The notes beneath the pieces are model-generated. The model made no database searches. It saw only the letters and a program-made list of their open reading frames with translations, and was not told the origin of the DNA. From Gemmatimonadota bacterium (lineage in GTDB: Bacteria; Gemmatimonadota; Gemmatimonadetes; Gemmatimonadales; GWC2-71-9), in the NCBI GenBank assembly GCA_003222135.1, contig QHUM01000043.1, positions 18,379 through 82,378 on the forward strand: 64,000 bases of DNA. Direction: 5' to 3'. Position 1 is the stretch's first letter; every line of letters starts with the position of its first letter. Both the position numbers and the translations under genes were made by a program. Of this stretch, positions 56,100 through 64,000 are shown piece after piece.

Positions 56100-56668
56100 G
56101 CGCGCTGCCGCTCAACATCGGGGAGACGGGAGACGGGAGAAGTACGCTCCGCTCGCCGCACGGCGTCGGCGCCCCGGGCGTGACCTCTCCCGTCTCCCCT
56201 CTCCCGGGGGAAGCGGTCGTGCGGGGGGCGACGCTCCTCGACGTCCCGACCCTCGAGTCGCTCATGGCCCCTTACGTCGCCACCGGCGACCTGCTGCCGC
56301 GCAGCAACTACGATCTGTGCCGGCACGTGAAGGAGTATCTGGTCGCCGAAGCACCCGACGGTGACCTCGTGGGATGCGGCTCCCTCAAGATCTACTCGCG
56401 CGACCTGGCCGAGGTGGCGGGGCTGGCGGTGCGTGCGGACCAGCAGGGCACCGGCGTGGGCCGGGTCCTGATGGAGGCCTTGGTGGCGGAGGCGCGGAGC
56501 AGCGGCATCGCCGAAGTGCTGGCGCTGACGCGCAAGCCCGCCTTCTTCCACAAGCTCGGCTTCGTGCTCGCCGAAAAAGGCCATTTTCCCCTCAAGGTGT
56601 GGGCGGACTGCGCCAGGTGCCCCAGGCAGAACTGCTGTGACGAAATCACCGTCGTTCTGAAGTTGTAG
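56096..56668 (+). CDS. argA: Short GNAT-type amino-acid N-acetyltransferase
   Basis: LLPRS, GCGSLK, AEVAGLAV, GTGVGR, FFHKLGF, KVWADCARCP...CDE. The N-terminal extension is repeat-derived. Confidence 0.8.
   Translation: MSALPLNIGETGDGRSTLRSPHGVGAPGVTSPVSPLPGEAVVRGATLLDVPTLESLMAPYVATGDLLPRSNYDLCRHVKEYLVAEAPDGDLVGCGSLKIYSRDLAEVAGLAVRADQQGTGVGRVLMEALVAEARSSGIAEVLALTRKPAFFHKLGFVLAEKGHFPLKVWADCARCPRQNCCDEITVVLKL
56121..56206. repeat. In-frame inverted heptamer arrays, (GGGAGAC)x3 ... (TCTCCCS)x3
   Basis: Arms at 56121-56141 and 56186-56206 with a 44-bp spacer. Translates as GETGDGR...SPVSPLP. Confidence 0.85.
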
Positions 56669-56680
56669 GGCGTCTGCCGG

Positions 56681-56710
56681 TTGACACCCTCCTGCCGCCC
56701 GCGAGAAATT
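56681..56710 (+). promoter_or_regulatory. Promoter candidate for pncA-aminotransferase-serA
   Basis: TTGACA-18 nt-GAAATT, followed by a purine-rich RBS (AAAGGAAGG). Confidence 0.4.
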
Positions 56711-56732
56711 CCACGATTCAAAGGAAGGGCGC

Positions 56733-57398
56733 ATGGCCAGGGTCATCTTCTGGGACGTCGACACCCAGTACGATTTCATGAAAGCCGACGGCAAGCTGTA
56801 CGTGCCCGACGCCGAGCACATCATTCCGAACGTGAAGCGGCTCACCGACTACGCCCACGGTCACGGAATTCGCATCGTCGCCAGCGCCGACGATCACGTC
56901 GTGGGCCATGCCGAGATTTCAGAGCAGCCCGACTGGAAGACCACCTTCCCGGCACACTGTTTGCGCGGCACGCCGGGCCAGAAGAAGATCCCCGAGACCG
57001 CACTGCGCGACCCGCTCGTGATCGAGCCCGCGCGGAGCGACTCGAAGACGCTCGGCGACCGCCTGCGCGGTCACTCGGGCGACATTCTCTTCCACAAGCA
57101 TCGGTTCGACGTGTTCACGAACGAGAACGTGACGACTGTGCTGGACCTGCTCGACCCCGATGACATCGTGCTCTACGGCGTGGCGACCGACGTGTGTGAC
57201 AAGGCGGCGGTCGAAGGCATGCTCGAGCGGCGGCCCCACACCCGGCTGTTCGTGGTCACGGACGCGATCCGCGGAATCGACCGCGATGCGTCGGAGCAAC
57301 TCCTGCGGGAATGGGGCGACGAAGGGGTACGCCTGGTCAGGACGAAGGAAATCGTGGAGGAGGGGCTGGTCGAGGCGCTCGCCCGCGCCACGGCATGA
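56733..57398 (+). CDS. pncA: Nicotinamidase / isochorismatase family
   Basis: DVDTQYDF, DDH, FPAHC, FHKHRFDVF, GVATDVC. Confidence 0.8.
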   Translation: MARVIFWDVDTQYDFMKADGKLYVPDAEHIIPNVKRLTDYAHGHGIRIVASADDHVVGHAEISEQPDWKTTFPAHCLRGTPGQKKIPETALRDPLVIEPARSDSKTLGDRLRGHSGDILFHKHRFDVFTNENVTTVLDLLDPDDIVLYGVATDVCDKAAVEGMLERRPHTRLFVVTDAIRGIDRDASEQLLREWGDEGVRLVRTKEIVEEGLVEALARATA

Positions 57399-58474
57399 CG
57401 GCGCCCGCGTTCGGGCGCTTTTTTCTGCCCGGTCCCACGGACGTACATCCGGACGTCCTGGCCGCCATGCAGCGCGCGATGATCGGGCATCGCTCGAGCG
57501 CGATGGAGCGGCTGCTCGAGGGGCTCGAGCAGCCGCTCGCCCGCCTGTTCCGCACATCGCGCACCGTCCTCGTCGGCACGACGTCCGCGACCGGGTTCAT
57601 GGAGATGGCGGTGCGCAACGGCGTCCGGCAACGTGCGCTCTCGCTCGTCAACGGGTCGTTCAGCGAACGGTTCGCGAAACTGGTCGGCGCCTGCGGCAAG
57701 GAGTGCATCCGGCTCGACGTGCCGCTCGGCTGCGCCGTCGAGCCCGACATGCTGCGCGACGCGCTGCGGCGCACCCCTGTGGACGCGGTGACCCTGGTCC
57801 ATTCCGAGACGTCGACGGGCGTATTGCAGGACGTCGCAGCCCTGGCCGCCGTGGTGCGCGAGTTCGACGACGTGCTGCTGCTGGTCGACGCCGTGACCTC
57901 GCTGGCAGGCTCGCCGGTGGAGACCGATCAGTGGGGACTCGACTTCGTGCTCACCGGATCACAGAAGGCGCTCGCCCTGCCGCCGGGGCTCGCGCTCGGT
58001 GTCGCCTCCGAGCGGATGCTCGAGCGGGCGAAGACCCTGCCGAACCGCGGGCTGTACTTCGATCTCGTGAGCTTCGTGCAGGCGACCACCAAGCACCAAC
58101 CGACCAACACACCGGCGATCTCGCTCTTGTACGCGCTCGAGACGCAGCTGGCGCGCATCGAGCGCGCGGGCGGCGTCGAGGCTCGCTGGCGGCGCCACGA
58201 CGCGATGCGCTCGCGCGTGGAAGCGTGGAGCGAGCAGCGGGGCGTGCCGTACGTACCGCGCGAAGGACGACGCAGCTGGACCGTGTCCTGCCTGAAGCTG
58301 CCCGATGGCACGGGCTCGAAGACGGTCGTGGGCGCGCTCAAGGAGGCGGGCTGGACGATCGGTGCGGGGTACGGGTCGCTCAAGGATACCACGATCCGCA
58401 TCGGTCACATGGGCGACCACACGGTGGGGGCGCTCGAGGAGCTGCTCGCCCTGCTCGACGGGCTGGTCGCGTGA
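57395..58474 (+). CDS. Class V PLP aminotransferase (alanine-glyoxylate / SerC-substitute type)
   Basis: PGPT, IGHRS, VHSETSTG, VDAVTS, TGSQKAL.LPPG, IRIGHMG. ATG at 57395 (ATGA overlap). Confidence 0.9.
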   Translation: MTAPAFGRFFLPGPTDVHPDVLAAMQRAMIGHRSSAMERLLEGLEQPLARLFRTSRTVLVGTTSATGFMEMAVRNGVRQRALSLVNGSFSERFAKLVGACGKECIRLDVPLGCAVEPDMLRDALRRTPVDAVTLVHSETSTGVLQDVAALAAVVREFDDVLLLVDAVTSLAGSPVETDQWGLDFVLTGSQKALALPPGLALGVASERMLERAKTLPNRGLYFDLVSFVQATTKHQPTNTPAISLLYALETQLARIERAGGVEARWRRHDAMRSRVEAWSEQRGVPYVPREGRRSWTVSCLKLPDGTGSKTVVGALKEAGWTIGAGYGSLKDTTIRIGHMGDHTVGALEELLALLDGLVA

Positions 58475-60066
58475 CGCTCCGGGTCGTGGTCGCCGATCGC
58501 GTGGCGGAAGGCGGGCTGCAGCTGCTGGCCGCCACGCCGGACATCGAGGTGACGAGCTTCGCCGGGAAGCCGCGGGAGGAGCTGGAGCGGGCGCTGGGCG
58601 GCGCGGACGCGCTGATCGTCCGCAGCGAGACGCGCGTCACCGCCGACCTGCTCACGCGTGCTCCCCGCCTGCGGGTGATCGCGCGCGCGGGCACGGGGGT
58701 CGACAACATCGATGTGCCCGCGGCGACGCGCCGCGGGATCGCCGTGATGAACGCGCCCGGGGCGAACACGGTCAGCGCGGCCGAGCACGCCATGGGGCTG
58801 CTGCTCGCGCTGGTGCGCCACATTCCGTGGGCGGCCGAGGCGATGCGGCGGGGGGAGTGGGACCGGAAGCGGTTCGAGGGGACGGAGCTGCGCGGCAAGA
58901 CGATCGGGGTGGTGGGGCTGGGGCGCATCGGCGGTCACGTGGGCCAGCTCGCCCGGGCGTTCGGCATGCAGGTCGTGGGCCACGATCCGTACCTCGCTCC
59001 CGAGCGCGCGGCCGAGCTCCAGGTGAAGCTGCTGCCGCTCGATCAGCTGCTGCGCCAGGCCGACGTCGTCACGCTGCACGTCGCGCACACGGAGCAAACG
59101 CACCACCTGATCAACGCGGAGCGGCTCCGGCTGATGAAGCCGGGGGCCGTGCTGATCAACACCGCGCGGGGCGAGCTGGTGGACGAGGGCGCGCTCGCCG
59201 ACGCGGTGCGCGAGAAGCGGATCCGCGGCGCGGCGATCGACGTGTTCGCCGTGGAGCCGCTGCCGGCGGACTCGCCGTTGCGACAGCTCGACCGTGTGAT
59301 CCTCACGCCCCACCTCGCGGCATCGACCGCCGAAGCGCAGGAGCGCGTGAGCTTGGAGGTGTGCACCGCCGTGCGCGAGGCACTGCTCACCGGGGACTTG
59401 TCGTTCGCGCTCAATGTCCCCGGCCTCTCGGGCGACCTGCTGCGACGCCTCGGGCCGCTGCTTGATCTGGCGCGGCGGCTGGGGCGTCTCGCCCTGGCCC
59501 TGGTCGACGGGCCGGTACAGGCCGTCGAGGTCGCGTATGGCGGGAAGGACGAGGCGGCGCCTCGGCCCGTGCTGGTCGCCGCGGTCGAAGGGCTGCTCAG
59601 CGCGATGAACGTGACGCCGGTGAGCCTCGTGAACGCCCTGCTCATCGCCGAGGAGCGGGGGATCCAGCACGCCCGCAAGACCGGCATGCCCGAGCCGGGG
59701 TTCGAGACCACCGTCGGTGTGAAGCTCGCGACGGCCAAGAGCCGCGTGCGCGTCGCCGGCGCGCTGGTCGGCAACAGCCACGGCCGCGTGGTCCGCATCG
59801 ACGACTACCACGTGGACATCGCGCCGGAGGGCTGGATGCTCGTGATCCGGAACCGCGACGTGCCCGGCGTGATCGGGCGCGTGGGCACCCTGCTCGGCCA
59901 GTCGGGGATCAACATCGGCAGCTACCACCAGGCCCGGCGCGCAACGCCGGGGACCGACGCCCTGGCCGCCATCACCGTCGATCAAGCGCTCACGAACGGC
60001 GTGCTCGACCATCTCGGGCACGCGCCCGACGTGCTGGACGTGCGGCTGGTGCATTTCGGGGACTAA
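58471..60066 (+). CDS. serA: D-3-phosphoglycerate dehydrogenase (type I, ASB plus ACT)
   Basis: IVRSET, RAGTGVDNID, AAEH, GLGRIG, INTARG, DVFAVEP, PHLAAST, NRDVPGVIG. GTG start at 58471. Confidence 0.96.
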   Translation: MTLRVVVADRVAEGGLQLLAATPDIEVTSFAGKPREELERALGGADALIVRSETRVTADLLTRAPRLRVIARAGTGVDNIDVPAATRRGIAVMNAPGANTVSAAEHAMGLLLALVRHIPWAAEAMRRGEWDRKRFEGTELRGKTIGVVGLGRIGGHVGQLARAFGMQVVGHDPYLAPERAAELQVKLLPLDQLLRQADVVTLHVAHTEQTHHLINAERLRLMKPGAVLINTARGELVDEGALADAVREKRIRGAAIDVFAVEPLPADSPLRQLDRVILTPHLAASTAEAQERVSLEVCTAVREALLTGDLSFALNVPGLSGDLLRRLGPLLDLARRLGRLALALVDGPVQAVEVAYGGKDEAAPRPVLVAAVEGLLSAMNVTPVSLVNALLIAEERGIQHARKTGMPEPGFETTVGVKLATAKSRVRVAGALVGNSHGRVVRIDDYHVDIAPEGWMLVIRNRDVPGVIGRVGTLLGQSGINIGSYHQARRATPGTDALAAITVDQALTNGVLDHLGHAPDVLDVRLVHFGD

Positions 60067-60256
60067 CCCGCCTCGAGCCCCGGTTCCCCTGACATTGTGA
60101 CGTCTGGCGCGCCGCCGCACTCAACGATTGACAACCCGCATCTCCTTTCGCTTCTTCCCCACTCACTCGTCCGCAACGACTCCACGGGATCAACCGCCGC
60201 CGCGTCTCGACAAGCGTCGCTATGAACAGGAGGGGCGCCACGCGGCCGGAGGGCAC

Positions 60257-60836
60257 ATGAACCGCAGAGAGTCCCTCAGGCTCCTCGCCAGCCTGCCTGC
60301 AGCGGTTGGAGCAGCCCGCATCGAGTCTTTCCGGGTGCCTCGGCGCCCGACGCCGGCCGTCCCCCCCATGATTCCGGTCGGTCTCGATGCGTATCTCATG
60401 TGGGAGCGGTGGCCATATCAGCGCATTGGCGCTCGGGCCTACATGCGCAGCACGTACGATCGCGCCGGTGGAAACGAGGGAGCCGATGCCAGCCATTTTC
60501 TCTATCAGCTGGCCGATGCTTTCAACGTCACGTTAGACGTGGAAGGCCAAGGGGTGCTCTATTTCGCCCGCTACAACCACTGGCACGGCAGCCCCTGGCA
60601 CTACGTGGTCGACGGCACGGATCACCTCGTTCAGGAAAGCTCCAGCGCCGATCCCACCAAGCCGGTACCGGGCTCCGTATTCATGCCGGAAGAGGCGATC
60701 GAGCATCCGTGTCCGGGTGCGATGTACGCCGGTGCATACGCCCCTGTTTCCCGGTCGGCCACTGCCGGAGCTGGCCTGGAGCGAGATCAACTAGAGTGTG
60801 TACTGCTTTGTGATGCCGGCGGGGTTCGCACGGTGA
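60257..60836 (+). pseudogene. Internally deleted DUF2961/GH172-like gene remnant
   Basis: Tat-like N-terminus (NRRESL) and STYDRAGGNEGAD for about 145 codons. After about 60690 a protein-like segment continues in the +1 frame (IRVRVRCTP..LFPGRPLPELAWSEIN*SVYCFVMP), with an in-frame TAG at 60792 and TGA at 60834-60836. Confidence 0.65.
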
Positions 60837-60838
60837 CC

Positions 60839-62089
60839 TCACTCGTACCGTAGCGACTCCACCGGATCCACCGCCGCGGCGCGGCGCGCGGGCAGCACGC
60901 CGGCGATGAGCCCCACGCCGATCAGGATGGCGACGCAGATCAGGGCGATGGGCCACGACAGTGTCGGGCTGAGGATGTACTGCATCGCCGGGTTGTCTTC
61001 CTTGGGGATCGCGTTCACCCCGAGCACGATGAGCGACGCCGCCGCGAGTCCCACCAGCCCGCCGGACAGGGCGATCGTCATGGCCTCGAACAGGAATTGC
61101 GCCATGATGTGCCGGCGGCGGGCACCGAGCGCCAGCTTGATCCCGATCTCCTGCGTCCGCTCCTTCACCACGACGTACATGATGTTCGCGACACCGACGC
61201 CGGCGATCAGCAGCGTGAAGACCCCGACGAGCCCCATGAAGATCTGGATGCCGAGCCCGACGGCGAGGGTTTGCTTCTCGTCTTCGATGAAGTCCCACAT
61301 GCCCAGCGCGCGCTCATCCTTGCGGTCGAACCGGTACTTCTGCCCCAGCACCCGGTAGAGCTCCCCCTTCACCAGAGGTCCCCGGGACACGTCGCGCGGC
61401 TGCACGATGAGGTGGTTCACGAACCGGTTGCCATAGATGGTGCGAAACGTCGAGTACGGGATCACCCCGCGGTCGGCGTCCGGCCCGTTGTTGCTCGAGT
61501 CCTGGAACTTCTTCTTCAGCACTCCGACGACGGTGAAGGGGAGGCCATCGACGACGATGCTCTTGCCGATGGCATCGACGCCTTTGCCGAACACCCGCTC
61601 TGCCAGCTCGTTGCCGAGGAACAACACGCGCCGCTTCTGGGCGATGTCGAGGGCGTTGATGAAGCGCCCGCCCTGCGCCGGCTCCATGTGGCGCATGGGC
61701 TCGTGATCGGGACCGACGCCCTCGAGGAACGCGTTGGTGCGGGTCTTGCCCAGCTGAAAGGAGGTACCCCAGCGCCCGTACGAAAGGCTCCCCCGATCGA
61801 TATCCGGGATGGCACCCTTCAGGAGCTCGAGGTCCTCTTCCACGAGGCGGATGCGTCGCCCTTGGCCCAACCCGGCGAATGCCTTGCTGGTCTCGCCGCC
61901 ATAGACCATGAAGATCCGCTCGCCGGCACCCAGCAAGCCGTCCCGGACCGTGCGCTTCAGTCCCTCACCGAACGCCAGCAGCAGCACTACCGCAAGCGTG
62001 CCCCAGGTGACCGCAAAGAACGTGAGAAACGCCCGCGTGCGTTGCGCCTTCAGGTCGCCGATGAACTCCTGGAGCAGGATGTAGAACAT
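60839..62089 (-). CDS. ABC transporter permease (MacB/FtsX family)
   Basis: RAFLTFFAVTWG, GRFIN..D, GVANIMYV.VKERTQEIG..ALGA, PARRAA.VDPVESLRYE. Confidence 0.95.
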   Translation of the reverse strand: MFYILLQEFIGDLKAQRTRAFLTFFAVTWGTLAVVLLLAFGEGLKRTVRDGLLGAGERIFMVYGGETSKAFAGLGQGRRIRLVEEDLELLKGAIPDIDRGSLSYGRWGTSFQLGKTRTNAFLEGVGPDHEPMRHMEPAQGGRFINALDIAQKRRVLFLGNELAERVFGKGVDAIGKSIVVDGLPFTVVGVLKKKFQDSSNNGPDADRGVIPYSTFRTIYGNRFVNHLIVQPRDVSRGPLVKGELYRVLGQKYRFDRKDERALGMWDFIEDEKQTLAVGLGIQIFMGLVGVFTLLIAGVGVANIMYVVVKERTQEIGIKLALGARRRHIMAQFLFEAMTIALSGGLVGLAAASLIVLGVNAIPKEDNPAMQYILSPTLSWPIALICVAILIGVGLIAGVLPARRAAAVDPVESLRYE

Positions 62090-62091
62090 GC

Positions 62092-63309
62092 CTAGGTTCG
62101 CAGGGCTTCCACGGGATCGAGCGTCGCCGCGCGCCGGGCCGGCATGAGGCCCGCGGCAAACGCCACGGCTGCGAGCAACCCGAGCGTCGCCACGAGTACC
62201 ATCGGAGAAATCGTCGGCACGCCGACGAACTCTTTGATGGGCAGCCCGCCGAGCGCGGCCACGAGCCCGAACGAGAGCAGCAGGCCGAACACCGCCCCCA
62301 TGGTCACGATGATCAGGGCCTCGGCGAAGAACTGGCGCATGATGGCGGCGCGGGTGGCGCCCACGGCGCGCCGGACGCCGATCTCACGCGTCCGCTCCCG
62401 CACCACGATGTACATGATGTTCGCCACCCCGATGCCGCCAACCAGCAGGGTGAAGCTCCCGACGATGGCGAAGAAAACGTTGAAGGCGACGAACATCTTG
62501 CCGAAGCGGGTCTCCCACTCGCTCGTGTCCCAGAAGGCGAGGGCGTCCTTGTCCTGCGGATCGAACTTGTACGTGCGTGCCATGGTCTCATACACTCGCC
62601 GCTCGGCCTGCTTGGTGACTTCCGAGCTCCGCGCGCGGTACACGATGTTGTTCAGGAAGCGGTTGCCGAACAGGGCGTAGTGCGTCGTCGCCGGAATGAA
62701 GATCCGGTCCTTGTCCCGCTGCTGATAGGAGGAGTTCTGCAGCTTGGGGCGCATTACCCCCACGACGGTGAACGGGGTGTCGCCCAAGAACACCTGCTGG
62801 CCGACCGGCGCTGCGTCACCGAACAGCAGCTTGGCCAGCTCGTCGCCCAGCACGGCCACCCGCCGCCGCTCGGCAACGTCGCGATCGTTGATGAAACGGC
62901 CGCCCGCCTCCGCGATGATGTTGCGCATGAAGCCGTACACTGGGAGAATGCCCGTGACGGCGGGGGAGGCCGCCTTGACGCCGCGCCGCACGCGCGCGCT
63001 CTGCGTGATGAACTCCGGACTGATGAACTCGATTTCGGCGACCTCGCGGGCGAGCAGCTGCACGTCATCGGGCCGCAGGCGGATCGGGCGGCCATCGCCG
63101 AACCCGGCGAACGGCTTGGTGGTGCGTCCGCCGAACAGAATCACGATGCGGTCGCCCAACCCGTGAAACCGCTTCTTGGTTTGCCGCTCCAGGCCGACAC
63201 CGAACGCCAGCAGCACCACCACCGCCACGGTGCCCCAGGCGATCCCGAGGACGGTGAGAGAGGTGCGGAGCTTCTGCGCCCGCAGGTCGGCGAAGAACTC
63301 GCGCCACAC
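62092..63309 (-). CDS. ABC transporter permease (MacB/FtsX family), paralog
   Basis: RTSLTVLGIAWG, GRFINDRD, GVANIMY.VVRERTREIG, PARRAATLDPVEALR. Confidence 0.95.
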   Translation of the reverse strand: MWREFFADLRAQKLRTSLTVLGIAWGTVAVVVLLAFGVGLERQTKKRFHGLGDRIVILFGGRTTKPFAGFGDGRPIRLRPDDVQLLAREVAEIEFISPEFITQSARVRRGVKAASPAVTGILPVYGFMRNIIAEAGGRFINDRDVAERRRVAVLGDELAKLLFGDAAPVGQQVFLGDTPFTVVGVMRPKLQNSSYQQRDKDRIFIPATTHYALFGNRFLNNIVYRARSSEVTKQAERRVYETMARTYKFDPQDKDALAFWDTSEWETRFGKMFVAFNVFFAIVGSFTLLVGGIGVANIMYIVVRERTREIGVRRAVGATRAAIMRQFFAEALIIVTMGAVFGLLLSFGLVAALGGLPIKEFVGVPTISPMVLVATLGLLAAVAFAAGLMPARRAATLDPVEALRT

Positions 63310-63310
63310 G

Positions 63311-64000
63311 TCAGGAGATCTCGCGCGGGGCCGCCTCGACCAGCGAGTCGGTCGCCTGCAGGCCCTCCAGCACCTCGATGTTGATGGCGTCGGACAGGCC
63401 GGTCTTGATCCGGCGCTCCTGCGTCTTCCCAGAGCCGGTGCGCACGGTCACGAAGCTCGAGTCGTTGCGATGCGTGATGAGCCGCTCCGGGATGTAGAGC
63501 ACGCTGTCGCGGCGCGAGATGATCACCTCCGCATTAGCCGAGTAGCCCGCGCGCAACTTGGCGCCCGCCACCTCGGTGAGGACGATCTCGATCGGAAACA
63601 CCGTCGCCTGCTCCTGCTTGTGCGCCTTGAGCCAGATCTTCTCGAGCCGGCCCTTCACGCTCGCGTTGGGCAGGGCGCCGATCTTGATGGTTGCCGGCAT
63701 GCCCTCCTTGAGCCGACCCACGTCGATCTCGTCCACGGTTCCCCGAAAGATCAGGTCCCGCATCGCCGCCATCCGCATCAGCACCGTCCCGGCCTGGTAC
63801 GGCGTGAGCGGTACCACGGGATCGCCGATCTCGATCGAGTCCTCGAGGATGTAGCCGTCAATCGGGGCGCGGACCACGGTCTCGACCGGCTTGCCGTTGG
63901 CGAGCACCGTGCCGCCCTCCTGTAACGCCAGCCGCTCTTGCGCCAGCGACAGTTGCGAGCGCGACTCGTCGACCTGCCGCTGTGCGGTCTCGAGATCGGC
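63311..64000 (-). CDS. Efflux periplasmic adaptor (membrane fusion protein), 5'-partial
   Basis: VRAPIDG, VDEIDVG, LRAGYSANAEV, LYIPE, IKTGLSD. The frame runs off the window end. Confidence 0.9.
   Translation of the reverse strand, partial: ADLETAQRQVDESRSQLSLAQERLALQEGGTVLANGKPVETVVRAPIDGYILEDSIEIGDPVVPLTPYQAGTVLMRMAAMRDLIFRGTVDEIDVGRLKEGMPATIKIGALPNASVKGRLEKIWLKAHKQEQATVFPIEIVLTEVAGAKLRAGYSANAEVIISRRDSVLYIPERLITHRNDSSFVTVRTGSGKTQERRIKTGLSDAINIEVLEGLQATDSLVEAAPREIS

Noticed and set aside
53213-56668. argCBD as LysW-dependent lysine genes (lysYZJ)
   Set aside because: No lysW or lysX is present, while ARG boxes and an ArgA-type GNAT are.
57160-58470. Apparent 437-aa N-terminal extension on SerA (968-aa ORF)
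   Set aside because: It is an alternate frame of pncA and the aminotransferase. The real start is the coupled GTG at 58471.
60128-60156. TTGACA upstream of the DUF2961-like remnant as a promoter
   Set aside because: There is no acceptable -10 hexamer at 16-18 nt.
60792-60794. TAG as pyrrolysine or programmed read-through
   Set aside because: It lies in an out-of-frame remnant after an apparent deletion. A TAC-to-TAG mutation in a dead gene is simpler, and no pyl genes are seen.

Overview
A very GC-rich, gene-dense bacterial chromosome segment. Gene content and style point to Gemmatimonadota (inference). It holds about 63 CDS and no rRNA, tRNA or CRISPR array that I can see. Most of it is housekeeping and scavenging metabolism: thyX, gyrA, argCBDA with tandem ARG boxes, serA, NAD salvage, thiolase/hbd, ggt, amidohydrolases and a MacB-type ABC exporter. 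The most interesting items are: (1) a four-gene operon of two Ddl-like ATP-grasp ligases, a GNAT and a lysine 2,3-aminomutase, behind a promoter whose leader carries a terminator-like hairpin, possibly an uncharacterised beta-lysine ligation pathway; (2) an AraC-like HTH fused N-terminally to a YVTN beta-propeller, upstream of a lipoprotein built from two duplicated copies of a related propeller; (3) inverted arrays of 7-bp repeats that are translated in frame inside signal peptides and linkers; (4) a stand-alone Y1 (RAYT/IS200-like) transposase flanked by GCTGAAGC-core hairpins, one GTAG-tagged; (5) selD with an in-frame UGA (selenocysteine) that the ORF track misses; (6) an internally deleted GH172/DUF2961-like pseudogene; (7) an S41 peptidase homologue with Gly at the catalytic Ser position. 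All family assignments come from motif recognition; no database search was run.
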